The position numbers and the translations under genes are program-made. DNA of 60,244 nt from assembly GCA_003647765.1 (NCBI GenBank), contig QMNM01000001.1:1-60244 (forward strand), read 5' to 3'. Below the pieces are notes generated by a model. It saw nothing but the letters and a program-made list of their open reading frames with translations. It had not been told where the DNA came from and searched no databases. The stretch comes from Candidatus Cloacimonadota bacterium. GTDB lineage: Bacteria; Cloacimonadota; Cloacimonadia; JGIOTU-2; B8-G9. This document shows, one piece after another, positions 9,229 to 17,934 of the stretch (positions are counted from its first letter, which is position 1; the number at the start of each line of letters is the position of its first letter).

Positions 9229-10018
9229 TTTTGTCCTCCTTAAAACATATACTTCTGAAAACACACTTCCTTGCAGGAGGAGATAATCTTGAATTACATA
9301 TTTTAGGAGAGTCTTTTGTGGGATTGAATAAATGCATGAGAAGTTCTTTTATTCTGTTTTCTATTGAATATTCGTTTTTATCCACAAAGAAAGGTTTGAT
9401 TTGCAGGTTTTGAAAGTCTTTTTTGAAATAGAGAACTACCGCTTTGTCTTTTCTGATATGGAATTTTTGTAATCCTTCGTCCAGCTTTACTTTCTTTCGT
9501 TTGAACATCCATAGGTAAGTTAGCACTTGAAAAACATGGTCAAATAAAGGTTCTTGTAAATCATCAAATTGTCGGGCATTTATGCTTTTAATTTCAGCAA
9601 TATAAATTCCTGTTGGGTCTTTATAGAGAGCATCAATGTTCCCTACCAGTTTGAACTTTTTATTTGATAATTCCAGTCTGTAATCTTCCTGAACCAGATG
9701 TTTGCAGGGAATACGATTCCAGTCCCTATAAGACAAATAGTAAACGGATTTGCATTTTGGGCATCTCCATTTTGAGATTAGATAGGAGCTATATCTAGAA
9801 AAGAAATGTTGAATCAGGATGCCGTAGGCATAGGCAAGCATAACGGGTTTAGCATAGACAGGAGATTTTCTGAAGGGCATATTGGTTTTTCTGCTGTAAT
9901 AGACCGCACGGGGGCAGATTGTTGGAAGGTCGGATACATGAAAATACAAATCATTTCTCTCCCTACCTTTAAACTCTGCCTTTAAATTGTTGTATATATC
10001 TTCAACTATTTCCTTCAT
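9209..10018 (-). CDS. Cas4/RecB-like PD-(D/E)XK exonuclease with a Cys cluster.
   Basis: NIDALY...IAEIKS (D..ExK), QVLTYLW (QxxxY), an N-terminal Cys (ICPRAVYY) and C-terminal CNSRLSPPARKCVFRSIC. Confidence 0.7.
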   Translation of the reverse strand: MKEIVEDIYNNLKAEFKGRERNDLYFHVSDLPTICPRAVYYSRKTNMPFRKSPVYAKPVMLAYAYGILIQHFFSRYSSYLISKWRCPKCKSVYYLSYRDWNRIPCKHLVQEDYRLELSNKKFKLVGNIDALYKDPTGIYIAEIKSINARQFDDLQEPLFDHVFQVLTYLWMFKRKKVKLDEGLQKFHIRKDKAVVLYFKKDFQNLQIKPFFVDKNEYSIENRIKELLMHLFNPTKDSPKICNSRLSPPARKCVFRSICFKEDKNESKEK

Positions 10019-10238
10019 CTAACATCTCCTTCTTTGTTTCGTTTAAAATAGACATGAGTTTGATAAATTTTTCCAATCTTTTATAGTTCAAAGGTTTTTC
10101 TACCAGAAGTCTATATACCTGTTGCATCTGGAATTTCAGAAGGGTCTCAAGAATTCGTTTTGCTTTCTCAAAATTTTTATCTGTCCAGTTATCTGGGTTT
10201 AGATAAATATTCATTAATTCTTCTACCAAACTCATCAC
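10002..10238 (-). CDS. Hypothetical protein.
   Basis: ORF in an operon with overlapping start and stop codons. No motif recognised. Confidence 0.5.
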   Translation of the reverse strand: MMSLVEELMNIYLNPDNWTDKNFEKAKRILETLLKFQMQQVYRLLVEKPLNYKRLEKFIKLMSILNETKKEMLDEGNS

Positions 10239-10666
10239 AACACTCCTATTTTTTTCAGAATTAGTTTATCCAAAATGAGCAAATTACCATATTCTTCCCT
10301 GAACATCCTTGCTTTCTTTTTCGCTCCAGCTTCCCATATACCTTTAATTTCAATGAAGTGTCCATTAACTTCAAAATCAGGAATATACCACTTCAGGTTG
10401 CTCAATCTGAAAGCATAAGGTTCATATTTCCATTTAAGTCTATATGCTTCGCAGAATTTTTTAGCGAAATCCAGTTCCCATCTGCTTCTGAAATTAAAAT
10501 GTGGAGGAAGTGGGAAGCCTCCTTTAATTCTCTGCGGAGGATAAGAAATCAAGTAATTAGCAAAACACTTTCCACTACAAAAAACACTATACTTATCCAC
10601 AAAAGGCATGATTACTCTTTTCTTACACCATAGACAATAATGTATCATTTTTTCCCCTCCCACCAT
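10235..10666 (-). CDS. Zinc-ribbon plus PD-(D/E)XK nuclease (DUF1064/TnsA-N-like pattern).
   Basis: CLWCKK...CSGKC followed by RSRWELDFAKK...YEPYAF...YIPDFEV..HFIEIKG. Confidence 0.55.
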   Translation of the reverse strand: MVGGEKMIHYCLWCKKRVIMPFVDKYSVFCSGKCFANYLISYPPQRIKGGFPLPPHFNFRSRWELDFAKKFCEAYRLKWKYEPYAFRLSNLKWYIPDFEVNGHFIEIKGIWEAGAKKKARMFREEYGNLLILDKLILKKIGVL

Positions 10667-11628
10667 TTGTTTATGATTTGGTTTACTAAATTATCCCTGA
10701 ACTCTAAATTTTCCATCAAAGTTTTTTCTATCTCTTTTTGTGTCTTATATTTATTTCCAGCGTATTCATAGGAAGATTTATTTCTATTGATTATTCCCAG
10801 ATCAAGGGCAAATTTCAGGATAAGATTTTCATCAACAACCTTTCCCTGCTGAATATCAATTTTAAACTCTCCGCTAATGCGTGGGTAACCAGCTTTATTC
10901 TTTTCTATTGTGAATTGATGAACAGCTCTGTAAGGAATATCTCCTTTAGTTTCATATTTGGACAGGTATAAATGCACTATGAGATAGGAGAGATGTTCAA
11001 CTATATATCCTCCTGGCATTCTGATTTTTGATTCAAATTTCCTTGCTCCGACATTAGCCCTAGCTTGGTTTATCAGGATGCAGGTCAAAGGTCGCTTTTC
11101 CTTTTGAGCATTTGCCATACTAACCAATAACTTATTGAGCATTTTCCTTATTAACCTTGCCGACCCAGCTACTTGAGTATCTTCACTATCGTTTTCAACT
11201 TCACTAATAGAGATAATGGCAGGCAAGCTGTCTATCACAATAAGACTTACAGCGGGTTCTAAACTCATCTGATAAGCCAAATCCACTCCTTGTTCTCCAT
11301 AATCAGGAGAGATTATAACGATCCTTTTCATATCAGATACAAAATTAGACATCCATTCTTTGTTTAATGCCTGTTCAAAGTCAATATAGACAACATAATC
11401 CTGTGAAAACGTTTTCAAAAAGGAATCAATTACTTTAAAACTGAATGTGGTTTTGCCCGAACTCTTTGTGCCCCATAGGGTCGTAAATTTATTTACAGGA
11501 ATCCCTCCACCTGTAAGCAAATCAAAAGTAAATATTCTTGTAGGGATTTTTGTTATATTTGGGAATGTCTCTCCTATATTCAAAACATTCCCATATTCTT
11601 TTGTTATCTTTTCAAACAGTTCCTTCAT
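10645..11628 (-). CDS. RecA-family recombinase.
   Basis: GGIPVNKFTTLWGTKSSGKTT resembles the RecA GGLP..GRI.EI.G.ESSGKTT motif. YIDFEQAL is present. Walker B is LIVIDSLPAI. Confidence 0.8.
   Translation of the reverse strand: MKELFEKITKEYGNVLNIGETFPNITKIPTRIFTFDLLTGGGIPVNKFTTLWGTKSSGKTTFSFKVIDSFLKTFSQDYVVYIDFEQALNKEWMSNFVSDMKRIVIISPDYGEQGVDLAYQMSLEPAVSLIVIDSLPAIISISEVENDSEDTQVAGSARLIRKMLNKLLVSMANAQKEKRPLTCILINQARANVGARKFESKIRMPGGYIVEHLSYLIVHLYLSKYETKGDIPYRAVHQFTIEKNKAGYPRISGEFKIDIQQGKVVDENLILKFALDLGIINRNKSSYEYAGNKYKTQKEIEKTLMENLEFRDNLVNQIINKWWEGKK
11404..11417. repeat. Palindrome, perfect copy, inside the recA-like CDS.
   Basis: Read as K-T-F-S. Confidence 0.95.
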
Positions 11629-11909
11629 TTTTTAAACCCCCATTTTGTTAATCTTTCTTTTATCCTTTTTTCAACAAACTTTCTTGCTTCTTCATAAGTT
11701 TGTTGTATTTCTCCCTTCCTGCAAGGAACTGTTACTCCCACCCGCAGAGATAGACTTTCATATTCAGCCAATTTCAATGTTCTTTTTAACTCATAAGTAA
11801 CCCATGCGGGTTCTTCATCTGCGGGAGTTTTAGATGGGATTTGAACCATCTCATTATCTTCCACTATTGTCATCTGAACTGTTTTGTTCTTCATATCTTT
11901 TTTTGACAT
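11625..11909 (-). CDS. Hypothetical protein.
   Basis: ORF with an AGAGGAGG SD upstream of the ATG at 11909. Confidence 0.55.
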   Translation of the reverse strand: MSKKDMKNKTVQMTIVEDNEMVQIPSKTPADEEPAWVTYELKRTLKLAEYESLSLRVGVTVPCRKGEIQQTYEEARKFVEKRIKERLTKWGFKK

Positions 11910-12018
11910 AGTTCCAAACCTCCTCTGGTTTATGATAGGGTTTTTGTCTAAAATAGTAATAAGCCTCCTCCAAGATTTTCAGAGAAACACCTTTCTCTGC
12001 CAAATATCTGGCTTGGAG

Positions 12019-12249
12019 TCAGAAATCAAATAGCCAAGTAAACCTTGCAGTATTCTCTACAACACCTTTGCAGGGATTTGTCATTCCTACTCTATATAAG
12101 CAAACGCTTACAGGATAATTTTTATAAAACCCAAATTTTCCTTCTAGTTTATAGTATAGCAAAGTATTTATTTTGTTCTTCAGGAAAACTTTTGCTTTTT
12201 TTGGAGAGAGATTTCTCTTTTTTGCTAGTGGAGTATTTCCTCTTGGCAT
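12019..12249 (-). CDS. Hypothetical protein. The frame stays open after its TGA stop (see findings).
   Basis: ORF in the operon. No motif recognised. Confidence 0.4.
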   Translation of the reverse strand: MPRGNTPLAKKRNLSPKKAKVFLKNKINTLLYYKLEGKFGFYKNYPVSVCLYRVGMTNPCKGVVENTARFTWLFDF

Positions 12250-12260
12250 CCAGCCCTCCT

Positions 12261-13556
12261 TTAGAGTTTGATTATTTTAATTTTACAACCTTCATAATCC
12301 TTACTGCGTTTAGTGAAATAATTTCTCATCAAGGGAGAAAAGTTATCCACAATATCAACAATTATTGGCTGTCTTTTGTGTTCACTGATTCTCAAAACTC
12401 TCCCTATTGCCTGTTTGACTGAAGTTCTGGGAGTAGCCAGAATTAGACAATCAATATCAGGAGCATCAAACCCAATTCCCGATGCCTGATATGTCCCTAA
12501 AATAATCCTTTCCTTTCCTGTATAAGTTTTCTTTTCTCCTATAACCCACGCTTTATCAGGAACATCTATCAGCTTATTATACTCATAGAGCAATTCAAGA
12601 ATATCACTCAATATCAGAACTTTGTATCCTTTTTTGTAAGCCTTCAATGCTAGCTGGGCAACAATCTTATTCCTGCGTGGAATATTCAATTTCTTCAGGA
12701 ATCTACTTTTTATAAATCGCTTATTAATGAAACAATCTTTTGTGCTGGTCAATGGACTGTTGAATTCAATCTTCAGCACCTTTGGAGTAAGCAGGGTTGC
12801 TTCAGTCTTGGCTATAATAGGACCTATATGCCAGAAGAACAGATTTTCCATTCCATCTTCTCTATGCGGAGTAGCTGTCAGCCCTGTCCTGAATCTGGGA
12901 TTAAACAAAGTAACAGTTTGATTAAACTTCTCTGCTCCCAATATATGAACTTCATCATAGATTACATGTCCAAAATATTCTTTATAGGGAACTTCTTTCT
13001 TTCGTAATAATGTCTGGATCATGGCTATTGTAACAGGACGCAGGTCTTCTTTCTCCTGCCTGATTTCTCCCACTTCCATACCTAAAAATTCCTTTACCGC
13101 TCTTTTCCATTGTTCATAGAGTATTTCAGTATGAACGACAATCAGAGTGCGGTATTTTAATAGAGTAGCAAGATATAACCCAACAACTGTTTTTCCTGTT
13201 CCTGTTGGCATCTGGATAATTCCACCATAAGGAGCTTTTGTCTTTACTGCTTTTGCGTATTGAATCAGCACATCTTTCTGATATGGACGCAATTTGATGT
13301 TGTGTTTTAGCTTAACCCTTTCCCACTTTCCTTTTACTGGAGGATATTTTTTCAGCTTTAGGAAATAACGGGGGACTCCCACATAGTCCCCCTTGTTTTC
13401 ATAGAGAATGAGTGGCTCTTGCTCCCTACCAAAGTAGTCCTGTCTGGTTATAACCAGACGATTTAAATCTACTCTGGATTTGGGAACATAGAGCCACTCT
13501 TTACAGACAATTTTAGAACGGGACTTCATCGTCGTCATCGTCTCCTTTCTCATCAT
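12261..13556 (-). CDS. SF2 (DEAD/DEAH, XPB/Res-like) DNA helicase.
   Basis: LRPYQ, motif I MPTGTGKT, motif II DEVH, motif III GLTATP, motif VI QAIGRVLR. The exact start is uncertain because several ATGs lie between 13529 and 13556. Confidence 0.88.
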   Translation of the reverse strand: MMRKETMTTMKSRSKIVCKEWLYVPKSRVDLNRLVITRQDYFGREQEPLILYENKGDYVGVPRYFLKLKKYPPVKGKWERVKLKHNIKLRPYQKDVLIQYAKAVKTKAPYGGIIQMPTGTGKTVVGLYLATLLKYRTLIVVHTEILYEQWKRAVKEFLGMEVGEIRQEKEDLRPVTIAMIQTLLRKKEVPYKEYFGHVIYDEVHILGAEKFNQTVTLFNPRFRTGLTATPHREDGMENLFFWHIGPIIAKTEATLLTPKVLKIEFNSPLTSTKDCFINKRFIKSRFLKKLNIPRRNKIVAQLALKAYKKGYKVLILSDILELLYEYNKLIDVPDKAWVIGEKKTYTGKERIILGTYQASGIGFDAPDIDCLILATPRTSVKQAIGRVLRISEHKRQPIIVDIVDNFSPLMRNYFTKRSKDYEGCKIKIIKL

Positions 13557-14352
13557 CTAAATCGCTAAAATCTAAATCGTCATCTTCTTCGTCTTCTTCT
13601 TCGTCAATATCATTTTCTTCATTATCTTCTTCATCTTCTCCATCATCATTTTCTTCAAAGAGATCATCAAGTTCTTCTTCTTTTTCTTCTTCGTTATCTT
13701 CTTCCACAAAGAGATCGTCCAGTTCTTCATCAAGATTTTCTTCAGACCCGACAACAGTTACATCAAAACCCATGTTTTCTAATTCTTCATCAGTAGGAGG
13801 AGCTAGGACTTTCTCATAATCATAAGGTTCGGAGTCCTTTAGCTTCTTCAAATCTACTCTACCCAGTCTTTCAAATACAGCTCCGCAGTTTGGATCTTGG
13901 GCTGTATATCTTTTCACTTCAAATACAAGACCTCTTAAATTCTTTACCTTCTTCTTAATGTCTTCAATGATATTTATTGCACTCCCTTTTAAAGGCAACA
14001 GAACCTTCCTGTTTTTGAGCTTCCTTCCATCACTTGTTACGATTGTTCTAGTATCTATAATTGTGTAATATGCGGTATATGTTGGTCTATCTCCGCTCTG
14101 GCAGACAGGACAAGGCTTGAAGTCAGAAGTGCAGGTTACATAGTTGCCCCATCTTCCTGCTATTTTTAGGTTATGCTCTTTGATGTAGAAACCATCTGAA
14201 TCAAGAAAGATGATCTTCGCAGTTTCCTGCGGTCTTAACCTGAAGCGTGGGACGCTTTTCTCTTTCTTCATTTCAGCTATTGCATCTAATCTCTGCTTTT
14301 CCTTGAAACCTTCTTCTCCGATCCTAAACCATGTTGCATTTTTCTTTGCCAT
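13513..14352 (-). CDS. ssb: Single-stranded DNA-binding protein with a very long acidic tail.
   Basis: The C-terminus ...DDDDDEVPF resembles the bacterial SSB tip DDDIPF. CPVCQSGDRP is a Zn-like element. The gene sits beside the helicase and primase. Confidence 0.65.
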   Translation of the reverse strand: MAKKNATWFRIGEEGFKEKQRLDAIAEMKKEKSVPRFRLRPQETAKIIFLDSDGFYIKEHNLKIAGRWGNYVTCTSDFKPCPVCQSGDRPTYTAYYTIIDTRTIVTSDGRKLKNRKVLLPLKGSAINIIEDIKKKVKNLRGLVFEVKRYTAQDPNCGAVFERLGRVDLKKLKDSEPYDYEKVLAPPTDEELENMGFDVTVVGSEENLDEELDDLFVEEDNEEEKEEELDDLFEENDDGEDEEDNEENDIDEEEDEEDDDLDFSDLDDEKGDDDDDEVPF

Positions 14353-14364
14353 AACAGACCTCCT

Positions 14365-15291
14365 TTATATTTTTTTGATTGATTTTAATGCCTTGTTAAT
14401 AACTCCTTTTTCAACCATCTCTGCGGGATCATTACATCCTTGATAATCCTTTACTTTGTAGAAGACCATGTAATCTTTGAGCTTCTCATAAATTCTTTTT
14501 TCAGCTTTCTCTCCTGCCTTATCATTGTCAAAAAACAATACCAATTCTTTAGCTTCGCAGGTTCTCAAAGTTTTCAATTGAGCATTACTTATTTCCGATC
14601 CTCCCGCAGACCATACATTGTATATCCCAACATCCCATAACTTCAAAAGATTCCTTTCTCCTTCTACCAGAATTAAAGGCTCATCTGGATTTATAGGAAG
14701 ATGATAACCAAACCATACTCCCAAGCTGTGGGGCATCTGCCCCCCAAACTCTTTGTAAAATCTATATCTTGGTTGCTCTGGATCTAACCCTAAATATCTT
14801 CCTTTCAAGGCTATTACTCTATTGTTGTAGTAGCGAATTGGAATCACGACCCTTCTCTCTTTCGGATCATATCTCAATGAAAACGTTTTCACTGTTTCCT
14901 TCTTGAATAATTTTCCTGTGTAAATAGGGAAAGGAATATAGTTTATATATCTTGGTTTCTTCGGAGATATATCTCTGAACAGAGTAGGGATAAACAATTC
15001 CTTCTTCCCAAACTCTTTTAGAGAAGGATCATCTATTCCTGTTACATTTTTCCATGTATTATAGATACGGCTGACATGTCCTTTTATTCCGCACCCAAAA
15101 CAATGAAAGACACCGTTAGCTAGATTGATTCCAAACGATGGATTTCTATCCACTCCACCTTCATGAGTCCATTTTGCGAATGGGCAAGAGCTGTTTATCC
15201 AGTTCCCGTTTTTTCTGACCTGCGGGTTTTCTATCCCTAATCGGCGAAGCAAGTCTATATAAATGTGCAGGTTCATATATGTTTTGCCCAT
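14365..15291 (-). CDS. dnaG: DnaG-like primase (zinc finger plus TOPRIM).
   Basis: CPFAKWTHEGGVDRNPSF...FHCFGCGIKGH, then TOPRIM motifs LVEGERN and FFDNDKAGEKA. The start was set at the ATG at 15291, preceded by AAGGAGGAGG. Confidence 0.85.
   Translation of the reverse strand: MGKTYMNLHIYIDLLRRLGIENPQVRKNGNWINSSCPFAKWTHEGGVDRNPSFGINLANGVFHCFGCGIKGHVSRIYNTWKNVTGIDDPSLKEFGKKELFIPTLFRDISPKKPRYINYIPFPIYTGKLFKKETVKTFSLRYDPKERRVVIPIRYYNNRVIALKGRYLGLDPEQPRYRFYKEFGGQMPHSLGVWFGYHLPINPDEPLILVEGERNLLKLWDVGIYNVWSAGGSEISNAQLKTLRTCEAKELVLFFDNDKAGEKAEKRIYEKLKDYMVFYKVKDYQGCNDPAEMVEKGVINKALKSIKKI
14878..14891. repeat. Palindrome, perfect copy, inside the primase CDS.
   Basis: Read as K-T-F-S. Confidence 0.95.
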
Positions 15292-15514
15292 TTTCCTCCT
15301 CCTTTTCAGGTTTTCTAATGTTCCATTTTTTAAGATATTCATCATATAAATCCCACTCCTTATCTGTCATTATTAATTCTGGCTCTCCCATAAAACACAT
15401 TACAACAAACATCTCCATCATATAGGGAGTCCAATCTAAAGCCTGTTCTCCGAAATAGTGAATAAATGTCCTTATGATTCTATGTTGCTCTGGATGCAGT
15501 TTGATTTTCTTCAT
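15161..15514 (-). CDS. Hypothetical small protein overlapping the primase 5' end in another frame.
   Basis: 117-codon ORF. Its first roughly 75 codons fill the gap between dnaB and the primase start. Confidence 0.4.
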   Translation of the reverse strand: MKKIKLHPEQHRIIRTFIHYFGEQALDWTPYMMEMFVVMCFMGEPELIMTDKEWDLYDEYLKKWNIRKPEKEEENGQNIYEPAHLYRLASPIRDRKPAGQKKRELDKQLLPIRKMDS

Positions 15515-16697
15515 TTTTCACCTCCGAAAAATCCATTCTTTCCCAGTCCCAATTGATTTCAAAGGACTGGGTTATTCCTTCTCTATTTGCAAAAACATCT
15601 ATCACTTTTGTAGGAGAATTATCTTCTCCATGAATTCCTATTGCAACCGAAACTAATTGGCTCAAAGCATCGGTCAATTGTATCTTTTCCAGATCTCCTC
15701 CTTTAGTTCTTGATGCTTGTCTATTAAATTGGAACGAAACCACAAAAGGTTTGGAGTAAGTAAGAGCAAGGTTCTTTAGCTCATTGGCTAATACAGTCGC
15801 ATTCTCCCACAAACTCTTATAGTGCTTCTGGATTTTAATCAGATACCCGCCGTCAATGAACACAATATCTGGATTATATTTCTCTACAAGGAATGCAATA
15901 TCATCTATGGTTTTTGAAAACCTGCCTTCAACATATAAGAAAGGTAGTTCTGTATCCAGCAAGGAAGCGATTTCTCTTTCTGCAAATGAACTGATTTCTC
16001 CTGTATGAAGTGCAGAGAAATTCAGCTTGGAATGCAGAGCAATAATCCTTTTAGCTTGTTGCTTTATACTCATCTCCATTGAAATAAGCATAGGAATATA
16101 TCCCTGTTGGGCTACATGTAGAGCAGAATAAGCCATGATAAGAGATTTTCCCATCTTCGGTCGGGCAACAATCAGGTCCAAATCTTCTGGTTGATAGCCT
16201 CCAGTCAAGAAATCCAGCGTATCCCAGCCTGTTGGAATCCCAATTGGCTTATCTATCTTTGTTCTTTTCTCCTGAATATAATCCAGAACTGTTTGGGCTA
16301 AATCTCTGAAAGTTTTAACTCCATCTTCTATTTGCTTCAATCTCTTATATCTGGCAATAAACCTTTCCATTCTGGAAATAAGAGCATCAATCTCATGCTT
16401 CCGTATATCTTCTTCTATTTCAGTAGAGAGATTTAACAAATCTTCTTTGAGTTTCCTTTCTATGCACCGTTGATAGAGAAGATCAATAGGAGCATCGGGC
16501 ACTAGGATTTCTTCTTCATCTATCAGCTCGGCAAAGGTCTGGATTGATGGAAGGCTTCTATATTTCTCTACATATTCCTTTATTATTTTATATTGTTCCT
16601 TTTCGTAATCAATGAAAATGTTTTCATTCAGCAAACGAAATAACTTCAGATCCCTGTCTCGCAGTATTGCTACCAACAAATTTGTCCCGATTGACAT
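15480..16697 (-). CDS. dnaB: DnaB-like replicative helicase.
   Basis: GIPTGWDTLDFLTGG, Walker A ARPKMGKS, Walker B VFIDGGYL, then FQFNRQ. Confidence 0.9.
   Translation of the reverse strand: MSIGTNLLVAILRDRDLKLFRLLNENIFIDYEKEQYKIIKEYVEKYRSLPSIQTFAELIDEEEILVPDAPIDLLYQRCIERKLKEDLLNLSTEIEEDIRKHEIDALISRMERFIARYKRLKQIEDGVKTFRDLAQTVLDYIQEKRTKIDKPIGIPTGWDTLDFLTGGYQPEDLDLIVARPKMGKSLIMAYSALHVAQQGYIPMLISMEMSIKQQAKRIIALHSKLNFSALHTGEISSFAEREIASLLDTELPFLYVEGRFSKTIDDIAFLVEKYNPDIVFIDGGYLIKIQKHYKSLWENATVLANELKNLALTYSKPFVVSFQFNRQASRTKGGDLEKIQLTDALSQLVSVAIGIHGEDNSPTKVIDVFANREGITQSFEINWDWERMDFSEVKNEENQTASRAT
16613..16626. repeat. Palindrome variant TGAAAATGTTTTCA, inside dnaB.
   Basis: The central CG is TG. 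Read as E-N-I-F. Confidence 0.9.
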
Positions 16698-17169
16698 CTA
16701 TGATAACTCCTTCTTCTTCTAAATATTCTATGTTTTTCCCAAATATTTCCTGAAGTTCCAGCTTTCCCAGAACATCCATAACGATTTCTTTCTTTAACCG
16801 AAGGAGCTTAAATATATGTTTATACTTCACATCTGTTGTGGAAGAATCTACCAGCACCACCGACCCTTGAACTTCAGGATAGATAGAAAGAGAATCTACC
16901 TTTAAATTCCCATACTTGTAAATTTTATATAATTTTTTAGCAACACAATAACAAACAAGGCTTTCCTTTTTGATTGATTTCCTTCCCATTAGGATAATAG
17001 GATTTCCGTTTATTCTCCGCAGGAACTCCTTTTCATACCCGTAATCATAGGGAGAAAGAATCCTGATTCCGTGCGTTTTCATCACAACAAACACTGGGTT
17101 AGTCTTCATCATTCTTAAATCTCCTGTAAATCTTGCCATAATTAAAACAGAAAGATACAAGACTTCCAT
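16624..17169 (-). CDS. Hypothetical protein.
   Basis: ORF in the operon. No motif recognised. Confidence 0.5.
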   Translation of the reverse strand: MEVLYLSVLIMARFTGDLRMMKTNPVFVVMKTHGIRILSPYDYGYEKEFLRRINGNPIILMGRKSIKKESLVCYCVAKKLYKIYKYGNLKVDSLSIYPEVQGSVVLVDSSTTDVKYKHIFKLLRLKKEIVMDVLGKLELQEIFGKNIEYLEEEGVIIDVNRDKFVGSNTARQGSEVISFAE

Positions 17170-17449
17170 TATAGTTCTTAATCTTCCAAGCTAAATAATC
17201 TTCATTCTGGATTGCAAATCGGATCACTTGTGGAAGATCATCTGTGGCTATTTCATTAAGAAACTTTTTCAGGATTGCTTTGACCTTATATGTCATAGGA
17301 ACTAAATCGCTGGCAAGCCCTTCTACTTTGTGAGCCAAAACCCAAAATTTAACCAAATCTTTTTCTTTCCAACCTTTGCTTTTATACAATTTGATAAGGG
17401 ATCTCAAAGATTCTTCTCTGTCAACGGAAGGCAACCTTAAAACTTTCAT
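17099..17449 (-). CDS. Hypothetical protein, first gene of a leftward transcription unit.
   Basis: The ATG at 17449 has a GAAGGAGGG SD. A promoter lies just upstream. Confidence 0.55.
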   Translation of the reverse strand: MKVLRLPSVDREESLRSLIKLYKSKGWKEKDLVKFWVLAHKVEGLASDLVPMTYKVKAILKKFLNEIATDDLPQVIRFAIQNEDYLAWKIKNYNGSLVSFCFNYGKIYRRFKNDED

Positions 17450-17472
17450 TCCACCCTCCTTCGTTTTTCAAT

Positions 17473-17501
17473 TATATAACATCAGTATTTGTTTTTGTCA
17501 A
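17473..17501 (-). promoter_or_regulatory. Sigma70-like leftward promoter.
   Basis: On the minus strand the sequence reads TTGACA, 17 nt, TATATA(AT), about 25 nt upstream of the 17449 start. Confidence 0.6.
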
Positions 17502-17553
17502 TATCAAAAATAAAAATTTTGATTTTCTTTTCAAAATATGTTAGAAAGAAAGT

Positions 17554-17823
17554 ATGCAAGAGTTAATTCCAGGATTCCCACCTTTTCCGCTTGAGAAAAA
17601 AGTTAGGAGAGAGACAAAACTTTTCTGGACTTTCTTTGCAAGATGTCCGAAGGTTGATAATTTTTGTATCTACTATCGTCCTGCGTGGAGAAGATGTATG
17701 TTGTTGAAGGACAATAAGGGTAGGGAAGGGCGACCGATTAAGCAAGTAAAAGAATGTCCAGATGAATACGGATTCAAGTTTGGTCCTTCTGCATATAGAA
17801 AGATATATGAACCTTTAGATTGA
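17554..17823 (+). CDS. Hypothetical Cys-rich basic protein. It is the only plus-strand gene inside the leftward replication block.
   Basis: 89-codon ORF with a weak SD. Its TGA stop is the first triplet of a palindrome copy. Confidence 0.4.
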   Translation: MQELIPGFPPFPLEKKVRRETKLFWTFFARCPKVDNFCIYYRPAWRRCMLLKDNKGREGRPIKQVKECPDEYGFKFGPSAYRKIYEPLD

Positions 17824-17834
17824 AAACGTTTTCA
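17821..17834. promoter_or_regulatory. Palindrome, perfect copy, intergenic.
   Basis: Its TGA is the stop codon of 17554..17823. Confidence 0.95.
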
Positions 17835-17848
17835 CTCTAAAAATTAAA

Positions 17849-17868
17849 ACCCCCTCATTTGAGGGGGT
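17849..17868 (-). terminator. Intrinsic terminator for leftward transcription, placed after the AAA+ gene.
   Basis: Stem CCCCCTC/GAGGGGG with loop ATTT. On the minus strand it is followed by TTTTAATTTTT. Confidence 0.65.
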
Positions 17869-17934
17869 CGGAAGAAGGAGGGGAAGGAGGACTTTTGGGT
17901 ATCAGTTATATTTTACTGTTTTTTGTTTGAATAG

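Noticed and set aside
13572-13754. 60-aa K-rich minus-strand ORF.
   Set aside because: It is an alternative-frame shadow of the GAA/GAT-rich acidic tail of the SSB gene.
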